In this document: in pieces, positions 19,029 through 29,500 of the stretch | How the letters are laid out: the number at the start of each line of letters is the position of its first letter | Numbering within the stretch: the stretch's first letter is position 1 | DNA from: an uncultured Acidobacteriota bacterium | GTDB taxonomy: Bacteria; Acidobacteriota; Thermoanaerobaculia; Multivoradales; UBA5704 | Reading direction: 5' to 3' | NCBI GenBank assembly: GCA_963700145.1 | Contig: OY969474.1 | Coordinates: forward strand, 4,000,001 to 4,064,000 | Length of the DNA: 64,000 nt | Program-made: the position numbers and the translations under genes | Notes under the pieces: model-generated | Database searches by the model: none | What the model was told of the DNA's origin: nothing | The model's input: only the letters and a program-made list of their open reading frames with translations

Positions 19029-21218
19029 TCACCTCCCTCCCGGCGCCGCCCCCGCCGCGGGCCCGGCAAGACGGGCCAGGAGGCGGCGGGCGGCCGAGCG
19101 CTGCTCGGCGAGCTCGGGGGTGTCCGCGGCCGCGGCCAGGAAGTCGCGGTAAGCGGCGATGGCGGCGGCGCGCCGGCCCAGGAGGTCGAGCGCGATGCCG
19201 CGGTTGAGACGGATCTCGTGCTGGGCGGGAGCGAGCGTCAGGGCGCGCTCGAAGAGCGGCAGGGCGTCGGCCGGCCGGTCGCGCGCCACGGCCAGGGTGC
19301 CGAGGCCGTTGAGCGCCTCCCCGTAGCCCGGCGCGGCGGCCAGCGCCCGGCGGTAGGCGTCCTCCGCCTCGTCGAGCCGGCCTTCGGCGCGCAGCGCGTT
19401 GCCCAGGTTGTTGAGCGCCGGGGCGTTGCGCGGGTCGAGCTCGGCGGCGCGCGCGAAGGCGCGCCGCGCGGCGGCCGCGTCCCCCTCGGCGAGGAGGGCC
19501 ACGCCGAGGGCGTTGTGCGCCTCCGGCGCCTCGGCATCGAGGCGCACGGCCTCGCGGCTCGCCAGCGCAGCCTCCTCGCCTTCGCCCGCCTCCTGGAGCG
19601 TCGCCGCGAGGTTGTACCAGCCGTTCGGGTCGCCGGGAGCGACGTCCACCGCTCGACGGTAGAGCGGGATGGCGCGATGGAGCTCGCCGGCCTCGCGGTA
19701 GGCCTTGGCCAGCTCGCCGATGAAGACCGGGTTTGCCGAGTCCGCGGCTAAGAGCTGGGTGAGGGAGTCGGTTGCCTCTGCCACGCGGCCGGCGCGCAGA
19801 CCGTTGTGCGCTTGCTCGTACCGCCGGAAGAGCGCGATGCGGTCCTTGGGATCCGCACCGCGCACCGTAGCGCCCGGGCCACGTCCCGGGCGTTTTGCCG
19901 CGGTCGCGTACCCGAGGCTCGCGAGCTTCGCCGCACTCTCGGCGTCGCGCGCCGGGACCGCCGGCTCGACCGCTTGACGCTCGATCTCGGCGATCCGCTC
20001 GGCGAATCCCTGCCGCGCCTCCTGACCTGAAAGATTTGTCTTTTCTCCCGGATCGCGCCGCAGGTCGTAGAGCTCGGGGCGCGGCGCTTGGATGTACTTG
20101 ACCTCGCGCCGCCGCAGCGCCGCGAGCCGGCTCCAGCCGAAGACCTCCGGATAGTGCGTCTCGGCGTAGAGGTCGGCGGCGGCCGGCTCCTCGCCGGCGA
20201 GGAGCGCGGCGGAGAGGTCGCGTCCCGCCAGTCCTGCCGGCGCGTCGACGGCCAGCCCGCCCTCCACCAGGCCCGAGAGGGTCGGCCCGAGATCGGCGAG
20301 TCCCACGGGAGTCTCTACGACGGTGCCGCCCCGGAAGTTCCCGGGCGCGCGCAGCAGCAGCGGCACGCGCAGCGTCGGCTCGTAGAGGAAAAAGCCGTGC
20401 GTCAGCTCGCCGTGCTCGCCGAGCGCCTCGCCGTGGTCGGCCGCCACCGCCACCACCGTGTCGCCGGCCAAGCCGAGCCGGTCGAGCGCCGCGAGGAGCC
20501 GCCCCACCTGCGCGTCGGCGAAGGCCACCTCGCCGTCGTAGGGGCGCCCGGCGTGGCGCTCGCGGAAGGGCGCCGGTGGCGCGTACGGCGCGTGCGCGTC
20601 GTAGAGGTGCACCCAGAGGAAGAACGGCCGCTCGGCGTCCTCGCCCGGCCGCTCCAGCCAGGCGAGCGCGCGGTCCACCACCTGGTCGCCGCGCCGCTCG
20701 GCTTCGAGGCTCGGCGCCGTGTCGGGGCCGCGCTCGATCTCGTCGTCGTAGGTCGCGAAGCCGCGGTCGAGGCCGAAGCGGCGGTCGAGGACGAAGGCGC
20801 CGAGGAAGGCGGCGGTGCGGTAGCCGCGCGCGGCGAGCGCCGTCGCCAGCGTCGGGCGGTCGGCGGGGAAGGCGCCGGCGCCGTTGTTGCGCAGCCCGTG
20901 CGCCGGCGGCAGGAGGCCCGAGAGGAGGCTGGCGTGGGCCGGCAGGGTGAGCGGCGCCGGCGAGGAGGCCTGGGCGAAGCGCACCCCCTCGCGCGCCAGG
21001 CGGTCGAGCGCCGGCGTCGCGACGGACCCGCCGTAGCAGCCGACGCGGTCGGCGCGCACGGTGTCGAGCGTGACGAGGAGGACGTTGGCGCCCGGGCGCG
21101 CGGCGCCGTCGCGCGCACAGCCGCCGGCCACGAGCGCGAGCGCGGCCGCGACGACGATGCGGAGCGTCAGGCGCGCACCGGCATGAGGCATGAGCGGGAA
21201 CCGGCGGTGGTCCAGCAT
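19029..21218 (-). CDS. Sulfatase-like hydrolase fused to TPR repeats
   Basis: NVLLVTLDTVRAD, HLYDAHAPY and ADHGE motifs; C-terminal TPRs (ALNNLGNAL). Start uncertain. Confidence 0.88.
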   Translation of the reverse strand: MLDHRRFPLMPHAGARLTLRIVVAAALALVAGGCARDGAARPGANVLLVTLDTVRADRVGCYGGSVATPALDRLAREGVRFAQASSPAPLTLPAHASLLSGLLPPAHGLRNNGAGAFPADRPTLATALAARGYRTAAFLGAFVLDRRFGLDRGFATYDDEIERGPDTAPSLEAERRGDQVVDRALAWLERPGEDAERPFFLWVHLYDAHAPYAPPAPFRERHAGRPYDGEVAFADAQVGRLLAALDRLGLAGDTVVAVAADHGEALGEHGELTHGFFLYEPTLRVPLLLRAPGNFRGGTVVETPVGLADLGPTLSGLVEGGLAVDAPAGLAGRDLSAALLAGEEPAAADLYAETHYPEVFGWSRLAALRRREVKYIQAPRPELYDLRRDPGEKTNLSGQEARQGFAERIAEIERQAVEPAVPARDAESAAKLASLGYATAAKRPGRGPGATVRGADPKDRIALFRRYEQAHNGLRAGRVAEATDSLTQLLAADSANPVFIGELAKAYREAGELHRAIPLYRRAVDVAPGDPNGWYNLAATLQEAGEGEEAALASREAVRLDAEAPEAHNALGVALLAEGDAAAARRAFARAAELDPRNAPALNNLGNALRAEGRLDEAEDAYRRALAAAPGYGEALNGLGTLAVARDRPADALPLFERALTLAPAQHEIRLNRGIALDLLGRRAAAIAAYRDFLAAAADTPELAEQRSAARRLLARLAGPAAGAAPGGR

Positions 21219-21377
21219 TTCATCGAAGGGGCCTCGGCGCCGAGAATAGCGAAAAGGCTCTGGGTCGGGAAGGGTGCGAGTGTGTCCAAAGCGTTGAGTC
21301 CAAAACTCTGAATGCCACGGCGCGCGGGCGCGCTTTGATACCATCCCGTGCCTCATGAACGCTGCGAGGACCCGACC

Positions 21378-21875
21378 ATGACCGACGGCTACGACGCGGC
21401 GCGCGGGCGCCGCAACGCGCTCGAGCGGCTGGGGGAGAAGATCCCCGGCTTCCGCGGCTTCCAGGACCGCGAGCTGCGGCGCGACGTGGACCGCCTGCAG
21501 CGCGAGCACCTGGCCACGGAGCTCACCCATATCAAAGGTGCCTTGCGCCAGCGCGCCCGCGCCGCCGCCGACCGCGGCGGGCTCGACGGGCTCGGCCCCT
21601 TCGAGCGGCTGGACCGCCAGCTCGACGGCCTGGCGCAGTCGGTGCGCTTCAGCGACTACGGCGCCGCCGGCCTCTTCGACGCGGTCAAGATCGGCGAGGC
21701 GGAGCTCGAGAAGCTCTACGAGTTCGACCTCGCGCTGCTCGACGAGGTGGCGGCGCTCGGAGGCGAGGCCGCGGAGGCCGACCCCGAGCGGTTGGAGGAG
21801 AAGGTGCGGGCGCTCGCCGACCGCTGGCGCCGCCGCGAGACGGTGATCTCCGACGTGGTGAAGACGGCGGGGTAG
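21378..21875 (+). CDS. Helical hypothetical protein, first gene of the SPFH operon
   Basis: RBS GAGGA; KIPGFRGFQDRELRRDVD; typical codon usage. Confidence 0.8.
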   Translation: MTDGYDAARGRRNALERLGEKIPGFRGFQDRELRRDVDRLQREHLATELTHIKGALRQRARAAADRGGLDGLGPFERLDRQLDGLAQSVRFSDYGAAGLFDAVKIGEAELEKLYEFDLALLDEVAALGGEAAEADPERLEEKVRALADRWRRRETVISDVVKTAG

Positions 21876-21886
21876 GAGGGCTTCTC

Positions 21887-22936
21887 ATGGACGTCATCCA
21901 GCATCAAGACCCGACCGGCCAGACCATGGTGGCGCGCTGGCCGCGCGAAGGGACGGCGGCCATCCGCCTCGGCAGCCAGCTCGTCGTCGAGGAGAGCCAG
22001 CGCGCCGTCTTCTTCCGCGACGGCAAGGCGCTCGACACCTTCGGCCCCGGCCGCCACACCCTGGCGACCCAGAACCTGCCCATCCTGGCCAGCCTCTTCG
22101 GCATCCCCTTCGGCGGCACTTCGCCGTTCCAGGCGGCGGTCGTCTTCGTCTCGAGCAAGACCTTCACCGATCTCAAGTGGGGGACCAAGGAGCCGGTGGT
22201 CTACCGCGACCGCGAGCTGGCGATGGTGCGCCTGCGCGCCTTCGGCAAGTTCGCGGTGCGGGTGGCCGACCCGCAGCTCTTCGTCAACGGGCTGGTCGGC
22301 ACGATGGGCCTCTACACGACCGACGGCGTCGAGGCCTACTTCAAGGACGCCATCGTCGCCCGCCTGACCGACCTGCTGGGCGAGAACCTGACCTCGATCT
22401 TCGACCTGCCGCGGGTCTACGACGAGCTGGGGATGGGCTTGAAGGCGCGCGTCGCCGACGACTTCGGCAAGTACGGCATCGAGCTGGTCGATCTCTTCCT
22501 GGGCGCCATCACGCCGCCCGAGGAAGTGCAGAAGCTGATCGACGAGCGCACCGGCATGGGCGCGGTGGGCGACCTCGACGCCTACATGAAGTTCAAGGCG
22601 GCGCGGGCGGTGGGCGACGCGGCGCAGGCGAGCGGCGAGAGCGGCGCGGTGGGGGCCGGCCTCGGGCTGGGGATGGGTGCCGGGCTCGGCGCCATGCTTC
22701 CCGGCATGATGCGCGAGGCGATGCAGAGCGGCGCGGCGGGCCCCGGCGGCGGCGCTGCGCGCGCCGCCGACGGCGCCGGATCAACCGGCGGCAACCCCGC
22801 GCCCGCGGCCGGCGGCGCGGCGGCGAGCGAGACGCCCGGCGCCGGCGGCCCGCCGGCCTTCTGCGCGCAGTGCGGCAACCGCCTGCCGGCGAACGCCCGC
22901 TTCTGCCCCGCCTGCGGCGCCTCGGTCCCCGCGTAG
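21887..22936 (+). CDS. SPFH domain protein with C-terminal Zn ribbon (YdjI-like)
   Basis: GSQLVVEESQRAVFFRDG, KWGT, LRAFGKF; FCAQCG...FCPACG. Confidence 0.9.
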   Translation: MDVIQHQDPTGQTMVARWPREGTAAIRLGSQLVVEESQRAVFFRDGKALDTFGPGRHTLATQNLPILASLFGIPFGGTSPFQAAVVFVSSKTFTDLKWGTKEPVVYRDRELAMVRLRAFGKFAVRVADPQLFVNGLVGTMGLYTTDGVEAYFKDAIVARLTDLLGENLTSIFDLPRVYDELGMGLKARVADDFGKYGIELVDLFLGAITPPEEVQKLIDERTGMGAVGDLDAYMKFKAARAVGDAAQASGESGAVGAGLGLGMGAGLGAMLPGMMREAMQSGAAGPGGGAARAADGAGSTGGNPAPAAGGAAASETPGAGGPPAFCAQCGNRLPANARFCPACGASVPA

Positions 22937-22949
22937 AGCGAGCGGGCCG

Positions 22950-23735
22950 ATGCAGCCGGCCGTCGCGCCCGCCGTGCCCGCCGTCACCAACCGCCTCGCC
23001 TGCCCGCAGTGCGGCGGCGAGAACGCATTGGTGAGCGGCGAGCGCCTCCTCGCCTGCGCCTTCTGCGGCGCCGCCCTCTACGTCGACCGCTCCGGCCTCG
23101 TCTCCCACTACCGGCTGCCGCGCCTCCTCGACCGCGAGCGCGCCGCCGAAGCGCTGCGCCGCTGGATGGCGGGCAACGAAACGGTCAAGGACCTCGACCG
23201 GAAGGCTGTCGTCGAGGAGCTGGCGCCGGTCTCCTTCCCGATGTGGTTCTTCCGCATCCGGCTGGAGAGCGGAGAGGACGTGGCGGTCGAGCCCGCCGCC
23301 CCGACGCCGGTGCCGCAGCTCGCCGATCTCGACGTGCCGGCGGGGAAGCTCGAGCCGTACGCGCCGGAAGGGGGCGACGTCGAGGAGGTCGCCGCCGGCG
23401 TGCCGCTGGCGACGGCGCGCGGCTGGGTGCCGCGCCTGCGGGGTGAGATCGAGCCGAGCGAGACCGCCCTCGTCCACGTCCCGCTCTGGCGCTGCCGCTA
23501 CCGCTTCCGCGAGCAGCCCTACCTCGCCTACGTCGACGGCTCGACCGGCGCCGTCCTGGCCTCCGTCTTCCCGGCCAAGTCGGAGAGCCCGTACTACCTG
23601 GTGGCCGCGCTCGGGCTCCTCCTCTTCCTCGCCGAGGGGTTCCTGCTCCCGAACCTCCTGCTCAAGGCGGCGGCCTATCTCGTGACGGCTCTGCCGCTGG
23701 TGCTGCTGGCGTGGCTGGTGTCGAAGAAGGTATGA
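22950..23735 (+). CDS. Zn-ribbon membrane protein
   Basis: CPQCGG...CAFCG; two C-terminal TM helices. Confidence 0.8.
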   Translation: MQPAVAPAVPAVTNRLACPQCGGENALVSGERLLACAFCGAALYVDRSGLVSHYRLPRLLDRERAAEALRRWMAGNETVKDLDRKAVVEELAPVSFPMWFFRIRLESGEDVAVEPAAPTPVPQLADLDVPAGKLEPYAPEGGDVEEVAAGVPLATARGWVPRLRGEIEPSETALVHVPLWRCRYRFREQPYLAYVDGSTGAVLASVFPAKSESPYYLVAALGLLLFLAEGFLLPNLLLKAAAYLVTALPLVLLAWLVSKKV

Positions 23736-23743
23736 GCCCTGTC

Positions 23744-23776
23744 TGTCATCCCGAGCGAGAGCGAGGGACCTGGGGG
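23744..23776 (+). repeat. REP-like half element
   Basis: TGTCATCCCGAGCGAGAGCGAGGGACCTGGGGG matches the left arm of the full elements at 53032 and 56528. Confidence 0.85.
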
Positions 23777-23796
23777 AAGGGCGGCGCGGAGTCGTT

Positions 23797-24870
23797 GTGC
23801 CGAGGGGAGCTCCCCTGTTAGCAAGCCCGGCGTCGCCCGCCGCCGCGGTGCACGGCCTCTCCTGCCCGGCCTGCGGCGGCGCCCTGGAGGTCGCGCCCGG
23901 GCTGCGCGTCCTCGCCTGCCCCTTCTGCGGCACCCACCTCCTCGCCACCGGCGAGGCCGGCGTGCGCCGCTTCAGCGTCGAGGCGAAGCTCGACGCCGCC
24001 GCGGCGCGCGCCGCGGCGGTCGCCTGGCTGGCGGCGGGGTGGAACAAGGACCCGCGCTTGCGGCGCGAGGCCGAGCCGGCCGAGTCCTTCCTCTGCTTCC
24101 TCCCTTTCTTCCGCGTCCAGGCCGACGCCGTCGGGCTCGCCCTCGGCACCGAGGAGCGCCGGCGCACCGTGGGGTCCGGCAAGAACCGGCGCACCGAGAC
24201 CTACGAGGTGGACGTCGAGCGCACCGTCGAGCGCGTCTTCGACGAGACCTGCGCCGCCGTGCAGGTGGCGGAGTGGGGCGTGCAGCGGGTGAACCTGGCG
24301 GGCGACCGCCTGCTGCCGCACGACGCCGAGGCGCTGGCGAGCGCCGGCATGGTCTTCCCGCCCACCCGCTCGGAAGTCGAGGCGCGCGCCGCGGCCCTCG
24401 CCCGCTGCCGCGAGGAGGCCGATCCCGGCAAGGGGATGAAGCGCGTCCGCTTCCGCTTCCTCGAGACCCTGCGCGAGCGGTTGAGCGTCATCTGGTACCC
24501 GCTCTGGGTGGTGCGCTACCGCTTCCGCGGCCGCTCCTACCAGGTGCTGGTGGACGCCGAGGACGGCTCGCTCGCCTACGGCAAGGCGCCGGGCAACGAC
24601 CTCTACCGGGCGCTGATGATGGTGGGCGCCGAGGCGGCGGCCTGCTTCCTCTTCACCTCGACGCTGCAGCACCTCGTCGACTCCGACGACGGCTGCGGGG
24701 TCGTCGTCGGCGCCGGCGCCATCGCCCTCGCCATCCTCGCCTGGGGCTGGCGCCGCTTCCGCTGGGGCGGCGAGGTGGTCGAGGGGAGCGGCGTCGTCGC
24801 GGAGCCCGCGGCAGGCGGGGCGCTGGCGGCGGTCAAGGCGATGCTGCCGCGCGGGAGCTTCGGGAAATGA
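23797..24870 (+). CDS. Zn-ribbon membrane protein (paralogue)
   Basis: CPACGG...CPFCG; YPLWVVRYRFRG; C-terminal TM helices. Start uncertain. Confidence 0.8.
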   Translation: MPRGAPLLASPASPAAAVHGLSCPACGGALEVAPGLRVLACPFCGTHLLATGEAGVRRFSVEAKLDAAAARAAAVAWLAAGWNKDPRLRREAEPAESFLCFLPFFRVQADAVGLALGTEERRRTVGSGKNRRTETYEVDVERTVERVFDETCAAVQVAEWGVQRVNLAGDRLLPHDAEALASAGMVFPPTRSEVEARAAALARCREEADPGKGMKRVRFRFLETLRERLSVIWYPLWVVRYRFRGRSYQVLVDAEDGSLAYGKAPGNDLYRALMMVGAEAAACFLFTSTLQHLVDSDDGCGVVVGAGAIALAILAWGWRRFRWGGEVVEGSGVVAEPAAGGALAAVKAMLPRGSFGK

Positions 24871-24947
24871 AGGCGTCCTGGGACAGCGTCTCGCCCGGGC
24901 TACGTCCCGGGCGTTTTCCGAGCGCAGCGAGCCATCTCCCCACCGCC

Positions 24948-24982
24948 GTCATCCTGAGCGCAGCGAAGGATCTGGGCGGGGG
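24948..24982 (+). repeat. REP-like half element
   Basis: GTCATCCTGAGCGCAGCGAAGGATCTGGGCGGGGG. Confidence 0.85.
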
Positions 24983-24994
24983 AGGCTTTGCCCA

Positions 24995-25636
24995 GTGACC
25001 ACCGGCTTCCGTCTAGTACGCCTGCAGTGCCCGCAGTGCGGCTCCGGCATCGTCGCCGAGGGGGAGGACGTCGTCTACTACTGCGTCTCCTGCCGCTCGG
25101 GCTTTCGCTTCGACGCCGGCGCGCTGGCGCCGGTCGAGGTGGCGTTCCTGTCCGCGCCGGCGATCGCCGCCGGCCGCTGGCTGCCGTTCTGGGTCCTGCC
25201 GGCGCAGGTGACCCTGCACGAGCGCGACAGCACGCGCGGCGCCTTCAGCGGCCTCCTCGGCTTCCTCGGCGCCGGAGACGAGAAGCCCGGCGCGCCGGCG
25301 GCGGGCACCTTCGCCGTCCCCGCCTTCGCCGCCCTGCTCGGCGAGGTCACCGCGCTCGCCACCCGCTACACCCAGGAGCTGCCGCAGCTCCTCGCCCGCG
25401 GCGGCGAGCGCCTGGGCGAGCGCCTGACCGGCGGCCGCCTCGACGCCGCCGACGCCGAGAAGCTCGCCCACTTCACTCTCATCTCCTCCGAGGCCGCCAA
25501 GCCCGACACCCTCCGCACCCTCCGCTACACCCTCGACTTCGGCCCCGCCCGCCTCCTCGGCGTTCCCTTCGTCCAGAACGAAGGGCGCTGGACCGACGCC
25601 CACTTCAACCTCCCGGCGACACTGCCGGAGAGTTAG
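24995..25636 (+). CDS. Zn-ribbon protein (soluble paralogue)
   Basis: CPQCGS...CVSC; WLPFW motif like its neighbours. Confidence 0.8.
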   Translation: MTTGFRLVRLQCPQCGSGIVAEGEDVVYYCVSCRSGFRFDAGALAPVEVAFLSAPAIAAGRWLPFWVLPAQVTLHERDSTRGAFSGLLGFLGAGDEKPGAPAAGTFAVPAFAALLGEVTALATRYTQELPQLLARGGERLGERLTGGRLDAADAEKLAHFTLISSEAAKPDTLRTLRYTLDFGPARLLGVPFVQNEGRWTDAHFNLPATLPES

Positions 25637-25643
25637 TCCTCCG

Positions 25644-25986
25644 AAGGGGACAGGTACGGGCCGCGTTCCACGGCTCGTCCGGCCGATGGGACAGGTTCGG
25701 CGCCGGGAACCGTCCATTTTCCGCCGCATGGGGCAGGTACGCGGACGAATGGGCCAGGTATGCGCCGTACCTGTCCCATTCGCGCGTGTACCCAGCCCAT
25801 TCGCCGGTGTACCTGCCCCATTCTCCGCCGTATGGCCCAGGTACACGCCGTACCTGTCCCATTCGCGCGTGTACCCAGCCCATTCGCCGGCATACCTGTC
25901 CCATTCTCGGCCGTACCTGTCCCATTCGCCGGCCTACCTTCCCATTCGCCGCTCGATCTCCGCCATGCGTGGCCGTACTTGCCGGG
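25644..25986. repeat. Degenerate 21-bp tandem array B (~17 units)
   Basis: Core GTACCTGTCCCATTC or its reverse complement ATGGGACAGGTAC at 25686, 25707, 25728, 25749, 25767, 25788, 25809 ... 25913, 25934. Confidence 0.92.
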
Positions 25987-26005
25987 TTGCTGCAAAAATC
26001 TGCTC

Positions 26006-26516
26006 ATGACGAGACTCCGGATCGCCGCTCGGCTGCCGTTCCTTCCCTTTCTGCTCCTGACCGCCGTGCCGGCGCTCGCCGCCGCCCCAAACTGGCTGCC
26101 GGCCCACGGATTCGCCGATGTCAACGGCGCGCGGCTCTATTACGAGGTGGGCGGCAAAGCGGACGGTGTGCCGGTCGTCTTCCTCCACGGCGGCGAGATG
26201 GACAGCCGTATCTGGGACGGGCAGTGGGAGCGCTTCGGGAAGGACCGGCGCGTCGTGCGCTACGACGCGCGCGGCTACGGCGGCTCGAACCTGCCCGACG
26301 CCCCCTACTCCGACGCCGAGGATCTGGCGGCGCTCCCTCGACTACCTGGGGATCGAGCGCGCCCACCTCGTCGGGCTCTCGCTCGGCGGGCGGATCGCCA
26401 TCGACTTCGCGCTCGTCCAGCCGCGCCGGGTGGCCTCCCTCACCCTCGCCGGCCCGGGGCTCGCCGGCTTCGAGTTCTCCTACCCGGAGGCCGGCAAGCA
26501 CTTCTGGGACCAGTGA
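26006..26516 (+). pseudogene. Alpha/beta hydrolase, frameshifted and 3'-truncated
   Basis: Signal peptide, VVFLHGG, YDARGYG, frameshift ~26335, GLSLGG. It ends against the convergent island gene with no Asp/His half. Confidence 0.8.
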
Positions 26517-26517
26517 T

Positions 26518-29500
26518 TTACTTGACCACGAACCGCCGCGTTTCACTTTCGGTCAATCCGCCCTTGCCATCCTCCACGATCACTTTCCAGAAATACGATC
26601 TCCCCGATTTCAGGGCGGCTCCGGATGGAGTGCTCCTGGCCGTTCTCTCCAGCATTCCGGGCTTGGATTTCTTCAGTATTCCGAGCTTGGATCTCTTCAG
26701 CCATCCGAGCTTGGACCGTTCAACCGTGATCGGTTTGGGGTCGCAGTCGTTCAGCGTGAACTGCCTTTCGATGGGCCAGATGCACTGTCTGTACGTCACG
26801 CCTTTGCTTTCCCGATCGGCCGCTTCGCTGAAGGTGAAGGGCACGGGCTGTGGGAGCTCCGCGCGGTCTGCGGGGAAGTCGAGCTTCGGCGGGTCGGGAA
26901 ATCGATTGCGCTCGCTCTGCTCGGTCTCGGCGTACGCCTTCGCGAACCCGGTCTCGCCAGTCACCATGACGTCCTGGATGCAGTTGTTCCTGCGGTTCTT
27001 GTCGGCGATGTTGCCGCAGAATTGTTCTGCGGTCCTCTCATCCAGCGGCTTCTGCGGCGCCGGTCCCGGCGGGATTCCCGCAGTCGGAGGCACGTCGCAG
27101 AGCGTGGGATTCTCTTCCGGCCATTTTTCGATCGTGAACGTCGCTGTGGACGTGCCGGGCGCGTAATCGAAGAGAGATGTCGCGGACGTCACGCGCCATG
27201 CCTTCTCGAACTTCTCGTACAAGTCGACATACCGCTGGTGCAGGCTCGCCGGCCGCGGGCCGAGCTGCGTTCCGTCCGGCAGCGCGGGCAGCCAGTTGTT
27301 CGGAGCGATCGCGCCCATGACTCCTTCCGTTGCGCGCGACTGCCGTACGTTGATGTTCATGTACCAGAGCTGACGATGGTCCCACCAGTTCGACGTGATG
27401 TTGATGACCGTCCCGCCGGGCGTATCGATCTGCAGGTTCGCGCCGGGCGACGCGCGGAAAACGCGGCCTCCTGAGGGAAGCCGGATCTCGCCGCCACCGA
27501 GGGTAGTGAGCTCGCCGTCGATGCGCAGTTCGGGACCGCGCTCGTTGGACTGTCCTTCGCGCGGGGGCTGGTACGTGATCCGATGTGGATCCACGCGCAC
27601 GGCTGCGGCGGGCTGGTACGTGATCCGATGCGGACCCACGCGCACGGCCGCGGCGGTGTTGATGCTGACGCAGGAGCTGAGGCCGGTATGCGCGTTGGGA
27701 GGAAGAGGCTCGCCCGTCGGGACCGCGGTCTGGCGCGTCTGGATCTCCACACCGAGATCGCGCAACAAGACGAATTCGCCCGCGCTCTGGAAGTCATAAT
27801 GAACGCCGTCAATCGTCTGAATGTGCGGATCCCCCTCGGTGTAGTTGGCGCCGCCGACGATCCATCGCTTGATCGTTTCAATGTCCGCCTTGCTGAGCGC
27901 AGGGCCGCCACACGGCATCATCCCCGTGCCGCTCGGCGGGCACGTTTCATCCGTGCGCGTAATGAATCGGTAAATGGGGCCCATCAGCGACGTCGACCTC
28001 GGCTGCGCGATGTCGTACGGCCGTCTCATCGGCGATGTTCCCGCCGGAGGGATTTCTTGTTCGGCCAGGTTCAACGTCGTGTCAACATTCTCATACGGCG
28101 GATAGCGCAGGTCGCCGTGACACTCGATGCAGCTCTTATTGAAGATCCTCTGCACGTCGGTGTAAGTGGGCGGATCGGCGGCGCCGGGCAATGATCCAAG
28201 CGAGGTGTTGACTAGAGGAATCACCACTGCGCAGGTCGTGGAAGTCCCGAGGCCGAGGCTCGTTCGCATTTCCGAGATCAGACGGTTGCGGTACGAGCCG
28301 AAGACGTCCGCGAAGGTGTAGGTGCGCGAACGGCCGCGGACTCCCATCGACCATTTATCGACAGATACGCCCAAAGGCTCCAGGAAGTAGCGAAACAGAG
28401 CCATCTTGTTCGTATTGGAGGTGTAGTCCTCACGATCGATGTAGAGACCGTTCATCACCATTGTGGTATCGCCGGGGAAGACCTCGAGCGGCCGCTGAAA
28501 GACCTCCCGTCGAACGCGGGGTGTATCCACGGTTGCCGTCGGGTCATATTGCTGGAGCAGTCCATTCTCCGAGGGAGGATCCATCAGATAAGGGTCGATC
28601 CTTCGGTCGAGAGCCATCTTCTGAATGTCCGCTTTCCTGCGGGGAAGGCTCACGGCGCTCTCTCTCGTATCGTTCACCAGGTCATTGATCCCGGTGATTC
28701 CGTTACGGGAATTGAAGAAGCCGAAGTCGACACTGAGCGCCGGCGTGCTCGTGATCGAGCCGCTGCCAGCCGGATTGATAGTCAGACAACTCATGGCGAT
28801 CGCCAGCGTGATCGGGCGGACGTCGATGCCGACGCTTCCCGTCGCAAAGCGGTGATCGATGAGCTCATCGGCGATTCGTTGGGGATTGAGATCGCCGTCC
28901 AGTCCGCCAAGGAGGTCGAAGAACTGGACCCCGCGACCCTCATCGAGATCCGGCCTCGAATAGTCGTCATTCAGGACGGCATCGGCCGGTGGGGGCTCAG
29001 GACTCTCGTGGCGCAGCGTGGCGTATCTGCCACCCTGCGTGACCGTCGACGGGGCAGTACTTGGCCCGCCGAAGTTGTAGCCACTCGTCGCCGTCGAGGT
29101 AGTGATCGCCGGCATTGAGTCGAATCCGAAGACGATGTGCCCGGTGTCTGTCGTGCTCGTGAGATTGCGCGTGATGCGGTGTGGACTCGTGGAGGAAACC
29201 CACGATGCCTGGAGCTGCAACTGCTCGAGGATCTGGCGGATGCTGTCGTTCTCCGCGCTGTTGCGCCAGTTCCAGAGATTGAAGATGCGACGGAATGCGA
29301 CCGCCTCCACCGAGCCCTGATAAATGCGGTCACGATTGAACGGCGTCATCCCACCCCAACTGTCGTAGGCATCCCAGTTCGGCTTGTTCTTGAACTTGAC
29401 GCCTCCCGGCGGGCCGCTGGTGCCGTTGGAGGTGGTGCGATTGAGCACGTTTCTCGTCGAATGGCATTTCGAACATTTGTCGTCGTCGATTGACACGCCG

